From: Myxococcota bacterium
Lineage (GTDB): Bacteria; Myxococcota_A; UBA9160; JAFDDA01
NCBI GenBank assembly: GCA_965228475.1
Contig: OZ245817.1
Location: forward strand, 2,784,001 to 2,848,000
Length of the DNA stretch: 64,000 nucleotides
Reading direction: 5' to 3'
The notes beneath the pieces were generated by a model. It was not told the DNA's origin and ran no database searches. It saw only the letters and a program-made list of their open reading frames with translations. This document shows, piece after piece, positions 48,551-58,517 of this stretch. Each line of letters begins with the position of its first letter. The first letter of the stretch is position 1. A program made the translations under genes and the position numbers.

Positions 48551-51500
48551 CTCCCGGGACGCCGCCCCGTCTCCGGCGGTTGCGCATCACCAGGATCAGA
48601 CTCAAGAGCGGCGCGACCTCTCCGCCGAGGCCGCAGTTCATCGGCCACTCGTTGTCGTCTTCGGGGCTCGCGCAGTCGGGGTCCTGGCCGAAGTCCACGA
48701 GACCGTCGAGGTCGTTGTCGACGCCGTCGGCGCACTGGGGCGGCGGGGGCGGTGTGAAGATCTCGGTGACGTGCAGGAGCGCGTCGAAGGCGATCCGCGC
48801 GCCGATGTGGCGCGAGACGATGTCGTCCTGGGGCGGATGGATGCCGCCCCAGATCCGCGAGAGGCTGGTCTGGTCGGAGGCGTCGTAGTACGTCGCATAC
48901 TGCAGCTTCAGCGGGACGCTCGGGCCGTCTTCGAAGACCAGGAAGGCATCCTTCGGCGCCTCGAACTCGCCGTAGCCACCGGGGAAGTACGGCGAGCCCG
49001 TGAGCGAGTCGAGCACCATGGCGGCGGCCCGGCTGTACGCGCTGTGGCCGGACGGGAACCCGGCGAAGGGCGGCGAGACGAAGCTCGGCCGCTGGTAGGG
49101 CCACCAGTCCTTCGCGAGGATCCAATCGACGCCGGCCACGTCCAACTCGGGGTCGACGATGAAGCCCGGGCCCCGCCAGGCGAGGATCGCGATCTCGTTC
49201 ACGTGCTCCGCGAGGTGCTCGTGCCGCTCGCCCGGAGCGCTGCTCGCCACCGTCACCAGCTCGATGAACCCCGGTCGGAGCTCGAAGCCTTCGGCGTCGT
49301 AGCGCGGGAGGCCGGGGTCGGAGCGCTGCCCGCGCTCGGCCATGGCGCGCAGAGCCGACACCGGCCGGACGTAGTCGTACCAGCCCTTCATGCCCCAGAC
49401 GGCCACGGCCACGTCGTGCATCGTGCCGCCGAGGGCGAGGTAGAGCTTCACGTCCCACTCGAGGTCGTCGAGCAGCGGGCCCCGGCCGCCGATCCGCTTC
49501 TCGGCCAGGTTGTCGCTCACGTAGTTCGCGATCGCGAACCAGTGGCCCGGCGGCGTCTCCGAATCCGGTCCGTCCGCCCAGAACTCCGCGAGGACCCGCG
49601 CGTAGTCGGCACGCGGAACCACCTGGGGCTCGTAGGGCAGCCCGGTCGCGGGGTTCATCGCGTGGCCGGTTCCCCAGTCCCACCCCTGCTCGAAGTCGTA
49701 GTACGTCCGCCACTCGTCCGGCTCCGGCAGCGGCGCGTTGCCGTTCGATGCCGGCGAGATGTCCCACATCACACCGTCGGCGGGGTCGAGGTGGCTGCTC
49801 CAGAGCGCGACCATCTCGAAACCGTCGAGGTAGTCCTCCGCGGTCGGGGTGCCGAGCAGCGGGGGCGGGCCCGGGTCGTGGTAGACCCAATAGTCGAACC
49901 CTCCGCGCGAGAAGACCGTCGCGTCCTCGGCGGCCAACGAGAACGGCACGACCTGACCCCACTCGGGGCTCAGGAAAGGCGGCGTACCGCCGGGGATCGG
50001 GTTCCCGCTCTGGTCGATGAAGAAGTCGAGCGCGAGAGGCTGCCAGAGGTTCGGGAACAGGATGCCCGGGTTGCCCGGAAGCGTCACGATGAGCGGCGGA
50101 TTCGACGGTTCGTAGTACTGGTTCGCGTAGCCGCCCTGCTCGTTCGATCCGTCCGCCAGGCCGAAGGCCAGCACGGCTTCGGCGATGCGGTTGCCGAGCT
50201 CCGCTGCGGGGTCGGCGCCGCCCGAGGTGGCGGTGTAGCTCGGGTCGTAGCCGAGCTGCGTCATGCGGGCGTCGAAGGAGATCTGGGAAAAGGATGCGCC
50301 CGGCGACGCGGCGAAACGTGCGGAGAGGATCCGGTAGGCCGCGTAGCTGATCGTGCGGGCGCGCGCGGCCGGGACGTCGGCGGCGACGGAGCGCTCTTCG
50401 TGAAGCACCTGGGCCGGGGTCGTTGCGTAGGCGGCCCAGGCGTCCCACATAGCGGCGGAGACGTGGAACAGGTTTCGCGCATGGACGGTCGGGCGCGCGA
50501 AGTCGCGGCGGATCGCGTTCAGGAGTTCCTCGTTCCACTGCCGGGCGACCGAGCGGTCGTCCTCGCAGGCATCGCCGATGCCGTCGAGATCCGCGTCCTC
50601 CTGGAGCGGGTTCGCCACCACGGGGCAGTTGTCCTCGGTGTTCGGCCAGCCGTCCCCGTCGGCGTCGTCCGGCTGGCAGACGTCCCCGATCCCGTCGACG
50701 TTCGCGTCCTCCTGGCCCGGGTTCCCGTGGCCTGGGCAGTTGTCGTCGGCGTCGTCGATGCCGTCGGCGTCGGCGTCGACTTCGAGGTAATCGGGCGTCC
50801 CGTCCCCGTCCGCGTCGTCGTCGGCCGGGTTGCCGTTGCCGTTCGCGTCTTCGTCGCGGGTCGGCACGCCGTCGCCATCGTCGTCGGCGTCGAGCGCGTC
50901 GATGGTTCCGTCGCCGTCGGAGTCCCGGGGCGAGGCGACGGAGCCGATCTCCTGTCCGTCCGACAGGCCGTCGCCATCGCTGTCGGCGGCCGCCGGATTC
51001 GTGCCGAGGACCGCTTCGTCGGCATCGCTCAGGCCATCCCCGTCGCCATCGGGCTGGCCCACGGGCGGCACGAGCACGATCTCCTGATTGACCGCGACCG
51101 TGCCGAAGATCGCGGTCCCGAGCCCGGGCCAGGTGGCGGTCAGCTGGTGGATCGGCCCGGGGTGGTCGCCGAGGCCGAAGTGGAGCGTCCGCTCGCTCTC
51201 GCCGAGGAAATGGCTCGAGGCGCCGACGTGCCGGACCTGGACCGGCCCGCCGGGGTCGGCCTGGAGCGTCACGACCGCGCCGATGCCGTCGGCGTTGAAG
51301 CCCGGGCCGCCCGCGATGCGCACGCGCAACCATTCGTTCCCGCCGTCTTCGTCGTTGCGATAGAGCACGCCCGTGGCCGCGTTGTTCGCCACGAACAGGT
51401 CGAGATCTCCGTCCCGGTCGTAGTCGAAGGTCAAGAGGCCCTTGCCCGAGCCGAGATCCGTGAGCCCCAGGCCGGCCGAGACCTCCGGCATCGCCCCGGG

Positions 51501-52808
51501 GCCGTCGTTGCGCCACATCCGCATCGGGTCGGGATCGAAACGGGCGTAGACGCTCCGTTGCGGCTCGGGGAGGATCGGGAACTCGACGCCGTTGGTCATC
51601 GCGAGGTCGAGGTCCGCGTCGTTGTCGAAGTCGAAGAACGCGGCGCCCCAACCCCAGTAGCCGTCGCGTACGCCCGCTTCGTCGGTGGCGTCCTCGAACA
51701 GCCGGCCCCCGAGGTTCCGGTAGAGCCGGTTCCCGGTGTAGCCCCAGTTGCACTGCTGACCGGGCTGATCGCAGGTCTCGTCCGGGTCGAAGATCGACGT
51801 CACGAACCAGTCGAGGTCGCCGTCCCCGTCGTAGTCCCCGAAGGTCGAGCCCATCCCGTTCTCGTCGGTGCCGACGCCGGCCGCCACGGTCCCGTCGCTG
51901 AAGGTTCCATCGCCGTCGTTCCAGAACAGGCGGCTCGTCCCGAAGTCCGCGGCGACGGCCAGGTCGAGCCAGCCGTCGCCATCGAGATCGACGAAGGCCG
52001 GGGCGAAGCCGAAGGTCTCGCAGGTCGACGCGGCCGCGCAGGCCGGGTCCGGGTCGATCCGCACGCCGGCGGCGTCCGTCACGTCCTCGAAGTGGCCGGG
52101 AGCCAGGACGCCCCGGTTGCGCAGCAGCCGGCCGTGGGGCTCCTCGAGCTCGTCGGTGGCCCAGTCCGTCGTGTAGAGGTCGACGAAGCCGTCGCGGTCG
52201 TAGTCTCCGACGGCGACGCTGAACCCGCCCCGGTTCTCGTCGGAGGCGACCGCCGCCCCGCGCACGACGGCCTCCTCGGTGAAGTGTCCGCTGCCGTCGT
52301 TGATGAACAGGTAGAAGCAGCTGTTGACCGGATCCGTGGCCAGTCCGACCACGAGCACGTACAGATCCGGGTCGCCGTCGTTGTCGACGTCGGCGAAGTT
52401 CGCGCCGTTCGATTGCAGGTCGAACCCCGAGAGCCCCGCCGTCGTGGTGAAGTCCTCGAAGGTCCCGTCGCCACGGTTGCGGAAGAGCAGGTCCGGAGCG
52501 TCGAGGCGGGTCACGTAGAGGTCCGGCCAGCCGTCGCCATCGACGTCGGCCGTGGCGGCGCCCCCGCTCAGGCGCTCGGTCTCGCAGCTGAAGGGGCTCG
52601 GAAAGGTCAGGCACTCCGATTCCGGGTTCGCCGGGTCGAACTGGACGTAGCCCCCGAGGCCGGCCGCGTCCGTGACGTCCGTGAACCCGGCCTGGGCGCT
52701 CGATGCCAGGAAGACGACGAGGGTCGCCGCAGCCCATGCGCGGACGAGTCGGCCCCCGGCCGAGCGGCACGGTCGGAGAGTCCCGGATCCAGCTACATCG
52801 CGTCCCAT
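48522..52808 (-). CDS. Large surface protein: FG-GAP/CRTAC1-like + ASPIC/UnbV + TSP3-like repeats + vanadium haloperoxidase/PAP2 domain + CGLGG tail (start uncertain, 52808-52883)
   Basis: Signal ending AQA; many DxDxDG repeats; LHFGLG; DNCP repeats; FWADGP..ETPPGHW, KGWYDYVRP, PPFAGFPSGHS, SRIWGGIH; tail NCGLGGEVAPLLSLILVMRNRRRR. Confidence 0.88.
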   Translation of the reverse strand: MGRDVAGSGTLRPCRSAGGRLVRAWAAATLVVFLASSAQAGFTDVTDAAGLGGYVQFDPANPESECLTFPSPFSCETERLSGGAATADVDGDGWPDLYVTRLDAPDLLFRNRGDGTFEDFTTTAGLSGFDLQSNGANFADVDNDGDPDLYVLVVGLATDPVNSCFYLFINDGSGHFTEEAVVRGAAVASDENRGGFSVAVGDYDRDGFVDLYTTDWATDELEEPHGRLLRNRGVLAPGHFEDVTDAAGVRIDPDPACAAASTCETFGFAPAFVDLDGDGWLDLAVAADFGTSRLFWNDGDGTFSDGTVAAGVGTDENGMGSTFGDYDGDGDLDWFVTSIFDPDETCDQPGQQCNWGYTGNRLYRNLGGRLFEDATDEAGVRDGYWGWGAAFFDFDNDADLDLAMTNGVEFPILPEPQRSVYARFDPDPMRMWRNDGPGAMPEVSAGLGLTDLGSGKGLLTFDYDRDGDLDLFVANNAATGVLYRNDEDGGNEWLRVRIAGGPGFNADGIGAVVTLQADPGGPVQVRHVGASSHFLGESERTLHFGLGDHPGPIHQLTATWPGLGTAIFGTVAVNQEIVLVPPVGQPDGDGDGLSDADEAVLGTNPAAADSDGDGLSDGQEIGSVASPRDSDGDGTIDALDADDDGDGVPTRDEDANGNGNPADDDADGDGTPDYLEVDADADGIDDADDNCPGHGNPGQEDANVDGIGDVCQPDDADGDGWPNTEDNCPVVANPLQEDADLDGIGDACEDDRSVARQWNEELLNAIRRDFARPTVHARNLFHVSAAMWDAWAAYATTPAQVLHEERSVAADVPAARARTISYAAYRILSARFAASPGASFSQISFDARMTQLGYDPSYTATSGGADPAAELGNRIAEAVLAFGLADGSNEQGGYANQYYEPSNPPLIVTLPGNPGILFPNLWQPLALDFFIDQSGNPIPGGTPPFLSPEWGQVVPFSLAAEDATVFSRGGFDYWVYHDPGPPPLLGTPTAEDYLDGFEMVALWSSHLDPADGVMWDISPASNGNAPLPEPDEWRTYYDFEQGWDWGTGHAMNPATGLPYEPQVVPRADYARVLAEFWADGPDSETPPGHWFAIANYVSDNLAEKRIGGRGPLLDDLEWDVKLYLALGGTMHDVAVAVWGMKGWYDYVRPVSALRAMAERGQRSDPGLPRYDAEGFELRPGFIELVTVASSAPGERHEHLAEHVNEIAILAWRGPGFIVDPELDVAGVDWILAKDWWPYQRPSFVSPPFAGFPSGHSAYSRAAAMVLDSLTGSPYFPGGYGEFEAPKDAFLVFEDGPSVPLKLQYATYYDASDQTSLSRIWGGIHPPQDDIVSRHIGARIAFDALLHVTEIFTPPPPPQCADGVDNDLDGLVDFGQDPDCASPEDDNEWPMNCGLGGEVAPLLSLILVMRNRRRRGGVPGATSRAPARS

Positions 52809-52948
52809 GCTCAGCCCCAGCGCTCCAGCTCCCATGCTACTCCAGCCTCGGACGCAACCGATGCGCAGAAGGATCGTCGGCAACCCGGGCCTACGGCTGC
52901 GGCGCGGAGAGCCTGCACGCGGCTCGATCCATCCGGTAGGATCCGCCC

Positions 52949-53998
52949 GTGCGAACCCTCTGGATCCTCCTCGCCCTCGCCGGAGTCCTCTTCGGCCTGT
53001 GGCTCGCGCCGGTCGCCCACGACGCCTGGCACGTGTTCAGGGATCCGGGCGTCGCTGCCTGGGACCCCTACGGCGCGCCCAACCCGATCCATCGTGCCGA
53101 GTACCCGGGCGCCGTGGTCGGCGACCGATTCTTCGTGTTCGGCGGATTCACCGGAACGGAGCTCGCGGCGAGCTACCGGGTGGACGTCTACGACCCGGCG
53201 GCCGACCGCTGGGACTCCGCGGCGGACCTTCCGACCAACGTCACCCACAACATGACGGCCGTCGTCGGGGACGACGTGTGGCTCGTCGGGGGCTACGTCG
53301 GCGACAACCCCGGCGTGGTGACGGCGGAAACCTGGATCCTCGACACGCGCGCCGAGACCTGGCGCACGGGGCCTCCCCTGCCCTCGGCCCGCGCTGGGGG
53401 TGCGCTCGTGAAGCACGGCGACCGGCTCCACTACTTCGGCGGGTTCGTCGACCGGCAGAACGTGAGTGGCGACCACTGGGCGCTGGATCTCTCGGACGGG
53501 GACGCCCGCTGGGAGCCTCGGGCCGCCCTGCCCGAGCCACGGGGCCACCTCTCCGGCGCTTCCCTCGGCGGGCTCGTCTACGGGATCGGCGGTCAGTTCG
53601 GCCACGACGATTGGCTTCGCGACGTGCCCTACGTGCACGTCTACGACCCGGCGAACGATACCTGGCGGGAGGTCGCGAGCCTGCCGCGCGGCCGCTCCCA
53701 CTTCGAGTGGGCCACGGTGGTGGTCGACGGCCGGATCGTGATCCTCGGCGGGCGGAGCGTCTGGCAGCGAAGCCTCTTCCCTCCCGACGTCGGCGGGCGC
53801 GAGACCGCCGTGCCCGACGTCAGCGCCTACGACCCCGAGCGCGACGAATGGTTCGAGCTGCCCGGGCTCCGCTTCGGCATCCAGGGCGCAGCCGCGGGCA
53901 TCGTCGGCGACACGCTCGTTCTGACGGGCGGGAGCGCCAGCCTCGCGGCCCACCTCCTCGACGACACCTACCGGCTCACGCTCCCGCTCTGGGAGTGA
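52949..53998 (+). CDS. Kelch-repeat beta-propeller protein, membrane-anchored or secreted
   Basis: Six GG-...Y-DP...W repeats (FVFGG, WLVGG, YFGG, GIGG, ILGG, LTGG). Confidence 0.88.
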   Translation: MRTLWILLALAGVLFGLWLAPVAHDAWHVFRDPGVAAWDPYGAPNPIHRAEYPGAVVGDRFFVFGGFTGTELAASYRVDVYDPAADRWDSAADLPTNVTHNMTAVVGDDVWLVGGYVGDNPGVVTAETWILDTRAETWRTGPPLPSARAGGALVKHGDRLHYFGGFVDRQNVSGDHWALDLSDGDARWEPRAALPEPRGHLSGASLGGLVYGIGGQFGHDDWLRDVPYVHVYDPANDTWREVASLPRGRSHFEWATVVVDGRIVILGGRSVWQRSLFPPDVGGRETAVPDVSAYDPERDEWFELPGLRFGIQGAAAGIVGDTLVLTGGSASLAAHLLDDTYRLTLPLWE

Positions 53999-54016
53999 GC
54001 GCCCGCGCAGGGCCCG

Positions 54017-55042
54017 CTACCGCTTGAAGAACTTCTCCTTGGCCATGCCCGCAGCCACGGTCGCCAGATTCGCAAGGGTCGTGAAGTTCCAACTCTGGAT
54101 GAGGTAGCTGATCGTCGGCTCCGGGTTCTTTCCCCAGTAGTCGCGCCCGCCGTCGGTGCCCTGGACGGTCGACTCGTACTCGACGTTCAGCAGATCGGTG
54201 TCGGCCCAGTGCTCGTGGATGCGGCCCCACGGATCCTTCCAATAGTCGTAGATCTGCCCGCCGAGCCGGTGACGGCCGATGCCCCAGACGTGCTTGTAGG
54301 CGCCGTCGGCCGCCAGGTGCTCGTGGCCGACCATCACGTCGTCGAAGTTCTGGACCTCGAAGGAGACGTGCTGGAGGCGCTCGATGCCGTCCATGCAGAA
54401 CTGGAAGCCGACCGTGTGGTGGTCCGTGTACTCGAGCCCCTTGTCGAGGCGGGTGAACAGCATGCCGTCGGCGCCCGAGGGCTGGACGACCTTGTCCGTG
54501 CGCAGCAGGCCGAAGTGCTTCCAGTACCAGAGGTAGGCCTCCTCGATCCGCTCGGTCTCGATCACGAGGTGCCCGATCCGCTTCACCGTCGCGGCGCCGC
54601 GCTTCACGTCCGCGAACCGGCCGACCCGGTTCTGCTGACCGTCGACGTTCAGGGGAAGCGACTTCCCGGCATCGATGGGCTCGAGCGCCTCCATCCCGAA
54701 GACCGCCTCGACGGTCATGCCGTGGGGGTCGGTGAGGCGCACGGCGTGGCCCCCGCCCGGCTCGTCGAGCTTCTCGACGGGCGTGGCTCCGGCCTCGCGA
54801 TGCAGCCGCTCGAGATCGTCGAGGCTGTTCATGTGGAAGGCGATGCTGCGGCAGTCGGGTTCGCCTTCGTGGAGGATGTAGACGTGGTGGGGGGAGTCCG
54901 TGCCCCGCGCGTAGAGCGTGTCCGGCGTGCGGGCGCTCACGATCAGGCCGAAGTCCTCGAGGAACTTCTCGCCCTTCGCGAGGTCCGGGGCTTGCATCCG
55001 TACGTAGGCGAGATCCTTGGCGCGGGTGATCGGTTCGTCCAT
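54017..55042 (-). CDS. Two-domain VOC family protein (extradiol ring-cleavage dioxygenase-like)
   Basis: FLEDFGL, LTDPHG, RIGHLV, DHHTV, QHVSFE, WGIGRH..GGQIYDYWKDPWG..HEH. Confidence 0.85.
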   Translation of the reverse strand: MDEPITRAKDLAYVRMQAPDLAKGEKFLEDFGLIVSARTPDTLYARGTDSPHHVYILHEGEPDCRSIAFHMNSLDDLERLHREAGATPVEKLDEPGGGHAVRLTDPHGMTVEAVFGMEALEPIDAGKSLPLNVDGQQNRVGRFADVKRGAATVKRIGHLVIETERIEEAYLWYWKHFGLLRTDKVVQPSGADGMLFTRLDKGLEYTDHHTVGFQFCMDGIERLQHVSFEVQNFDDVMVGHEHLAADGAYKHVWGIGRHRLGGQIYDYWKDPWGRIHEHWADTDLLNVEYESTVQGTDGGRDYWGKNPEPTISYLIQSWNFTTLANLATVAAGMAKEKFFKR

Positions 55043-55059
55043 GGGGTTCTCCTGTCCGT

Positions 55060-56034
55060 TCACGAGAGGGGGTTGGCGGGTGCGGCGACGACGCGGTTGC
55101 GCAGGACGCCGAGGTCGATCGCGCCGTCGTCGGTCCGCACCGAAGCTTCGATTTCGTCCCCGGCCCGCAGGCAGCGGGGGTTCCGCGCGGCGACGCGCCG
55201 CACGAGCTGCTGTCGGCGCAGCGGGGAGACGGCCCGCGCGAGGAGGGCCAACGGCTTCGCGGGCGCCTGCAGGGCGCAGCCGCCGGGCGTTCCCGTGGCC
55301 AGCAGATCCCCGGCCTGCCAGTCCTGCAACGCCGAGAACTCCGTCAGCGTGGCCGGTGGGCGATGCACCATGTCGCTGGCGAGCGAGTTCTGGCGGACCT
55401 CGCCGTTGACGGAGAGCTCGAGCCGGAGCTCGGCGAAACGGCGAAGCTCCGCGGCGTCGACGAGCACGAGGTAGGGCCCGACCGGGCCGAAGGTCCGATA
55501 GCTCTTGCCCTTGTAGAACTGCCCCTCGGGAAGCTGCACGTCGCGGGCGCTGACGTCGTTCAACACGACCAGACCGCCGACGTAGTCCGCGAGGTTCGCC
55601 TCCGTGACCTCCTCGGGCCCGTCGACGTCGCGCGAGAAGACCAGACCGATCTCGACCTCGTAGTCGAGGAACTCGACGTGGCTCGGGACCACGACGTCCG
55701 CGGTCGCCGAGGCCAGGCACGAGGACGCCTTGCGGAAGAAGATGTTGAAGGGGTTCGTCGCCGGGTCGAAGCCCGACTCCCGGAGGTGGGAGTGGTAGTT
55801 GATCGCCTGGCACAGGAACTGACGGTCGGTCGTGATCGGGCACAGGGCCTCGACCTCGGAGAGCGCCACTTCGGGCCCGAGCGCTGCACTTCCGCTGCGG
55901 ACGCGCGGCGCGGCCTCGAGCATGAACTCCCGGGTCGTCGCATAGTCGCCCTCGATCGGGGCGACGCGCTCGCCCCGGACGACGCCCCAAACGGACCGGC
56001 CGTCGGCTTCGTATCGAATCACCTGGATGGCCAT
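55060..56034 (-). CDS. Fumarylacetoacetate hydrolase family protein
   Basis: INYHSH, LDYEVEIG, NDVSARDVQ, GKSYRTFGPVGP, ATGTPGG. Confidence 0.92.
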   Translation of the reverse strand: MAIQVIRYEADGRSVWGVVRGERVAPIEGDYATTREFMLEAAPRVRSGSAALGPEVALSEVEALCPITTDRQFLCQAINYHSHLRESGFDPATNPFNIFFRKASSCLASATADVVVPSHVEFLDYEVEIGLVFSRDVDGPEEVTEANLADYVGGLVVLNDVSARDVQLPEGQFYKGKSYRTFGPVGPYLVLVDAAELRRFAELRLELSVNGEVRQNSLASDMVHRPPATLTEFSALQDWQAGDLLATGTPGGCALQAPAKPLALLARAVSPLRRQQLVRRVAARNPRCLRAGDEIEASVRTDDGAIDLGVLRNRVVAAPANPLS

Positions 56035-56035
56035 C

Positions 56036-57700
56036 TCAACCCTCCAGAATGGTGGCGACGGCGCGGGAGAGCGCCGGGCCCGGGTCGTTCGGGATCTCGG
56101 TGGCCCGCCAGGCGACGTGCTGATCGGGCCGGACGAGCAAGGCGCCCCCCGGCTCGACGCCACAGGTGCGCGCCCAGGCCACCCGCTCGTCGCCCACACG
56201 AACCTGTGAACAGGGCACCGCGCCGAGCCCCCCGACCGCTTCGGCCCAGCGCTCGTGGTCGCCGAAGCTGAAGAGCGTGAAGCCCTTCGCCGTGACCTCG
56301 TCGAGCGTCGAACGTCCGTCGCCGCCCTCGCCGACCCACGCGTGGGGCAGCCGGGCGCCGGGGTGCCCCGAAGGCTCGTACTCGCGCGGGGAATCGAGCG
56401 CCGGCGGCGTGCTGCCCTCGAGGGCCAGGGCGCCGCGGTCGTAGACGTACCCGAGCTGGAGCCCGAGCATGTCGAAGTGCTCGGCCTGCTCCTCGACGGC
56501 CGCCTCGACGGCCTTTCGGCCCTCGGGGTCAGCGAGCGTCGCGGCCATGCGCTGCGTCGTCGGCTCCGCATCGATGCCGAGCGCCTGGGCCAGGAGCACC
56601 ATCTTCAAGGCGTTGCGCAGGCTCTGGTTGGCGTTGTTCTGGGCGACGGGGATCCGCTCCTCGGCGTAGGTCTCGAGCAGCCGCGCCGGCGCCCAGCCAT
56701 CCTCGACCGCCCCGATCTTCCAGGCGAGGTTGTGGGCGTCCTGGAAGCCCGAGTTGAGGCCGAGACCGCCCGTCGGCGGGAAGCGATGGGCGGCATCGCC
56801 CGCGAGGAAGATGCGGCCCTCCCCCATGCCGTCGGCGACCTGGGCGCTCATGTGCCACGTCCCCGAGTGGAGGATCTCGATCGGCACCTCCTCGCCGAGG
56901 GCGCGGTGGACGAGGGAGCGGCAGCGCGCCTCGTCGTAGTCGGCCTCGGACTCCTGCTCGGGGTCGTAGTCGTGCATGTAGACCCACTCGCGGTCGATGT
57001 CGTGCGCGATGAAGGCGCCGCCCGCCTCCGGATCCACGATGAAGTGCAAGACCCCGAGCCGGTCCCTCACGAGCTCGCGCAGGTTCGCGCCGAAGTGGAT
57101 CATCAGGAAGCTCTGGATGCGCGGGGGGCCCTGCATCTCGATGCCGAGCGACCTGCGCACGCGGCTCCCCGCACCGTCGGCGGCGATCACGTAGCGGCTG
57201 CGGACCTCGTGGACCTCGCCGCTCGCGAGATCGCGCACCTTCGAGGTCACGCCCTCGGCGTCCTGCTCGCTCTCCTCCCACTGCCAGCCGTAGCGGAGCT
57301 CCACGTTCGGAAGCTTGCGCACGGCGTCGGCGAGGATCGGCTCGAAGCGATGCTGCGAAAGGTTGCGCAGCGGGGTCGGCGTGTAGCGGAGGCACTCCTC
57401 CCCCTGCCGCTCGAAGGGCAGATGGCCGATCTCCTCGCCCGCGAGCCGCGTGACGAAGCGGACGTGGCCCGCGTCCTCCGGGTTCTTGCAGGCGGCGTCG
57501 ATGGCCTCCATGTCGAGCCCCGCCTGGCGGCAGATCTCGAAGGAGCGCGCATTGACCACGTGGGCCGCCGGCGCGGTCTGGGGCCCGTCCCTGCGCTCGA
57601 CGACGAGGCAGCGGCGCCCCTGCTTCGCGAGCAGGATCGCCTGGATCATCCCGACCGGGCCGGCGCCGACGATGAGAAACGGTGAGTCGTGATTCGACAT
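56036..57700 (-). CDS. FAD-dependent aromatic monooxygenase (PheA/TfdB-like)
   Basis: IVGAGPVG, AADGAGSRVR, FLAGDAAHRFPPTGGLGLNSG..DAHNLAWK, PGARLPHAW, LVRPDQHVAWR. Confidence 0.92.
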   Translation of the reverse strand: MSNHDSPFLIVGAGPVGMIQAILLAKQGRRCLVVERRDGPQTAPAAHVVNARSFEICRQAGLDMEAIDAACKNPEDAGHVRFVTRLAGEEIGHLPFERQGEECLRYTPTPLRNLSQHRFEPILADAVRKLPNVELRYGWQWEESEQDAEGVTSKVRDLASGEVHEVRSRYVIAADGAGSRVRRSLGIEMQGPPRIQSFLMIHFGANLRELVRDRLGVLHFIVDPEAGGAFIAHDIDREWVYMHDYDPEQESEADYDEARCRSLVHRALGEEVPIEILHSGTWHMSAQVADGMGEGRIFLAGDAAHRFPPTGGLGLNSGFQDAHNLAWKIGAVEDGWAPARLLETYAEERIPVAQNNANQSLRNALKMVLLAQALGIDAEPTTQRMAATLADPEGRKAVEAAVEEQAEHFDMLGLQLGYVYDRGALALEGSTPPALDSPREYEPSGHPGARLPHAWVGEGGDGRSTLDEVTAKGFTLFSFGDHERWAEAVGGLGAVPCSQVRVGDERVAWARTCGVEPGGALLVRPDQHVAWRATEIPNDPGPALSRAVATILEG

Positions 57701-57709
57701 GGGGTCTCC

Positions 57710-58489
57710 CTAGATCAGGCCGGCGTAACTGCCGCCGTCGAGCTGGAGGTTCTGTCCGGAGATGAAGCCGGCCTGGGCGCTCGCGAGGAACGCGCACGCA
57801 TCGCCGAACTCTTCCGGGCGGCCGAGCCGGCCCGCGGCGATCGACTTCTTCATTTCGTCGTAGGCCTGCTCGATCGAGACGCCGCCGAGCTTCGCCCGCA
57901 GCTCGGCCATCCCGCGCTGGCGCGCCGTATCGATGCGCTCCGGGAGCAGGTTGTTGATCGTGACGTTCGCGTGGGCCACGTCTCGCGAGAGCGCCTTGCT
58001 GACCGAAGTCAGACCCGTCCGCGCGCCGGTCGAGAGGCCCATGGGCGAGATCGGCGTCTTCACCATGGCCGAGGTGATGTTCACGATGCGGCCGAAGCGG
58101 CGCTCGACCATGCCCTCGAGGACCGCGCGGATCATCGCCAGGGGGGCGAGCATGTTGGCGTCGAGGGCGTCGATCCAGGCGTCGCGGTCCCAATCGGCGA
58201 AGCGGCCCGGGGACGGGCCGCCGTTGTTGTTCACGAGGATGTCCGGAGCGGGGCACGCCTCGAGCAATGCCGCCCGCGTCTCCTCCTGCGCGATGTCCCC
58301 GGCCACGAAGCCGACCTCGACGCCGTGCTCCTTGACGATCGCGCCCGCCGTCTCTTCCAGCGTGGCGGCGTCGCGGCCGTTCAGGGTCGGGTGGACGCCC
58401 TCGCGAGCGAGCGCCTCGGCGCAGGCGCGCCCGAGGCCCCGGCTCGAGGCGCAGACGATGGCCTTGCGGCCGCGAATTCCGAGTTCCAT
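57710..58489 (-). CDS. SDR family oxidoreductase
   Basis: CASSRGLG, DILVNNNGGP, GRIVNITS, DGG; catalytic YxxxK replaced by SxxxR (LSTGAR). Confidence 0.9.
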   Translation of the reverse strand: MELGIRGRKAIVCASSRGLGRACAEALAREGVHPTLNGRDAATLEETAGAIVKEHGVEVGFVAGDIAQEETRAALLEACPAPDILVNNNGGPSPGRFADWDRDAWIDALDANMLAPLAMIRAVLEGMVERRFGRIVNITSAMVKTPISPMGLSTGARTGLTSVSKALSRDVAHANVTINNLLPERIDTARQRGMAELRAKLGGVSIEQAYDEMKKSIAAGRLGRPEEFGDACAFLASAQAGFISGQNLQLDGGSYAGLI

Positions 58490-58517
58490 GGGGATGCTCT
58501 CCTGGAAAGAGTCGGGT

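Noticed and set aside
40454..53255. Very long antisense or alternative-frame ORFs (for example 40454-43600 minus, 48771-53255 plus, 48457-52770 minus, and the 5' part of 43805-48550)
   Set aside because: Shadow ORFs expected in high-GC coding DNA; low-complexity Arg/Pro/Gly or antisense-pattern sequence with no family motifs, overlapping well-supported genes
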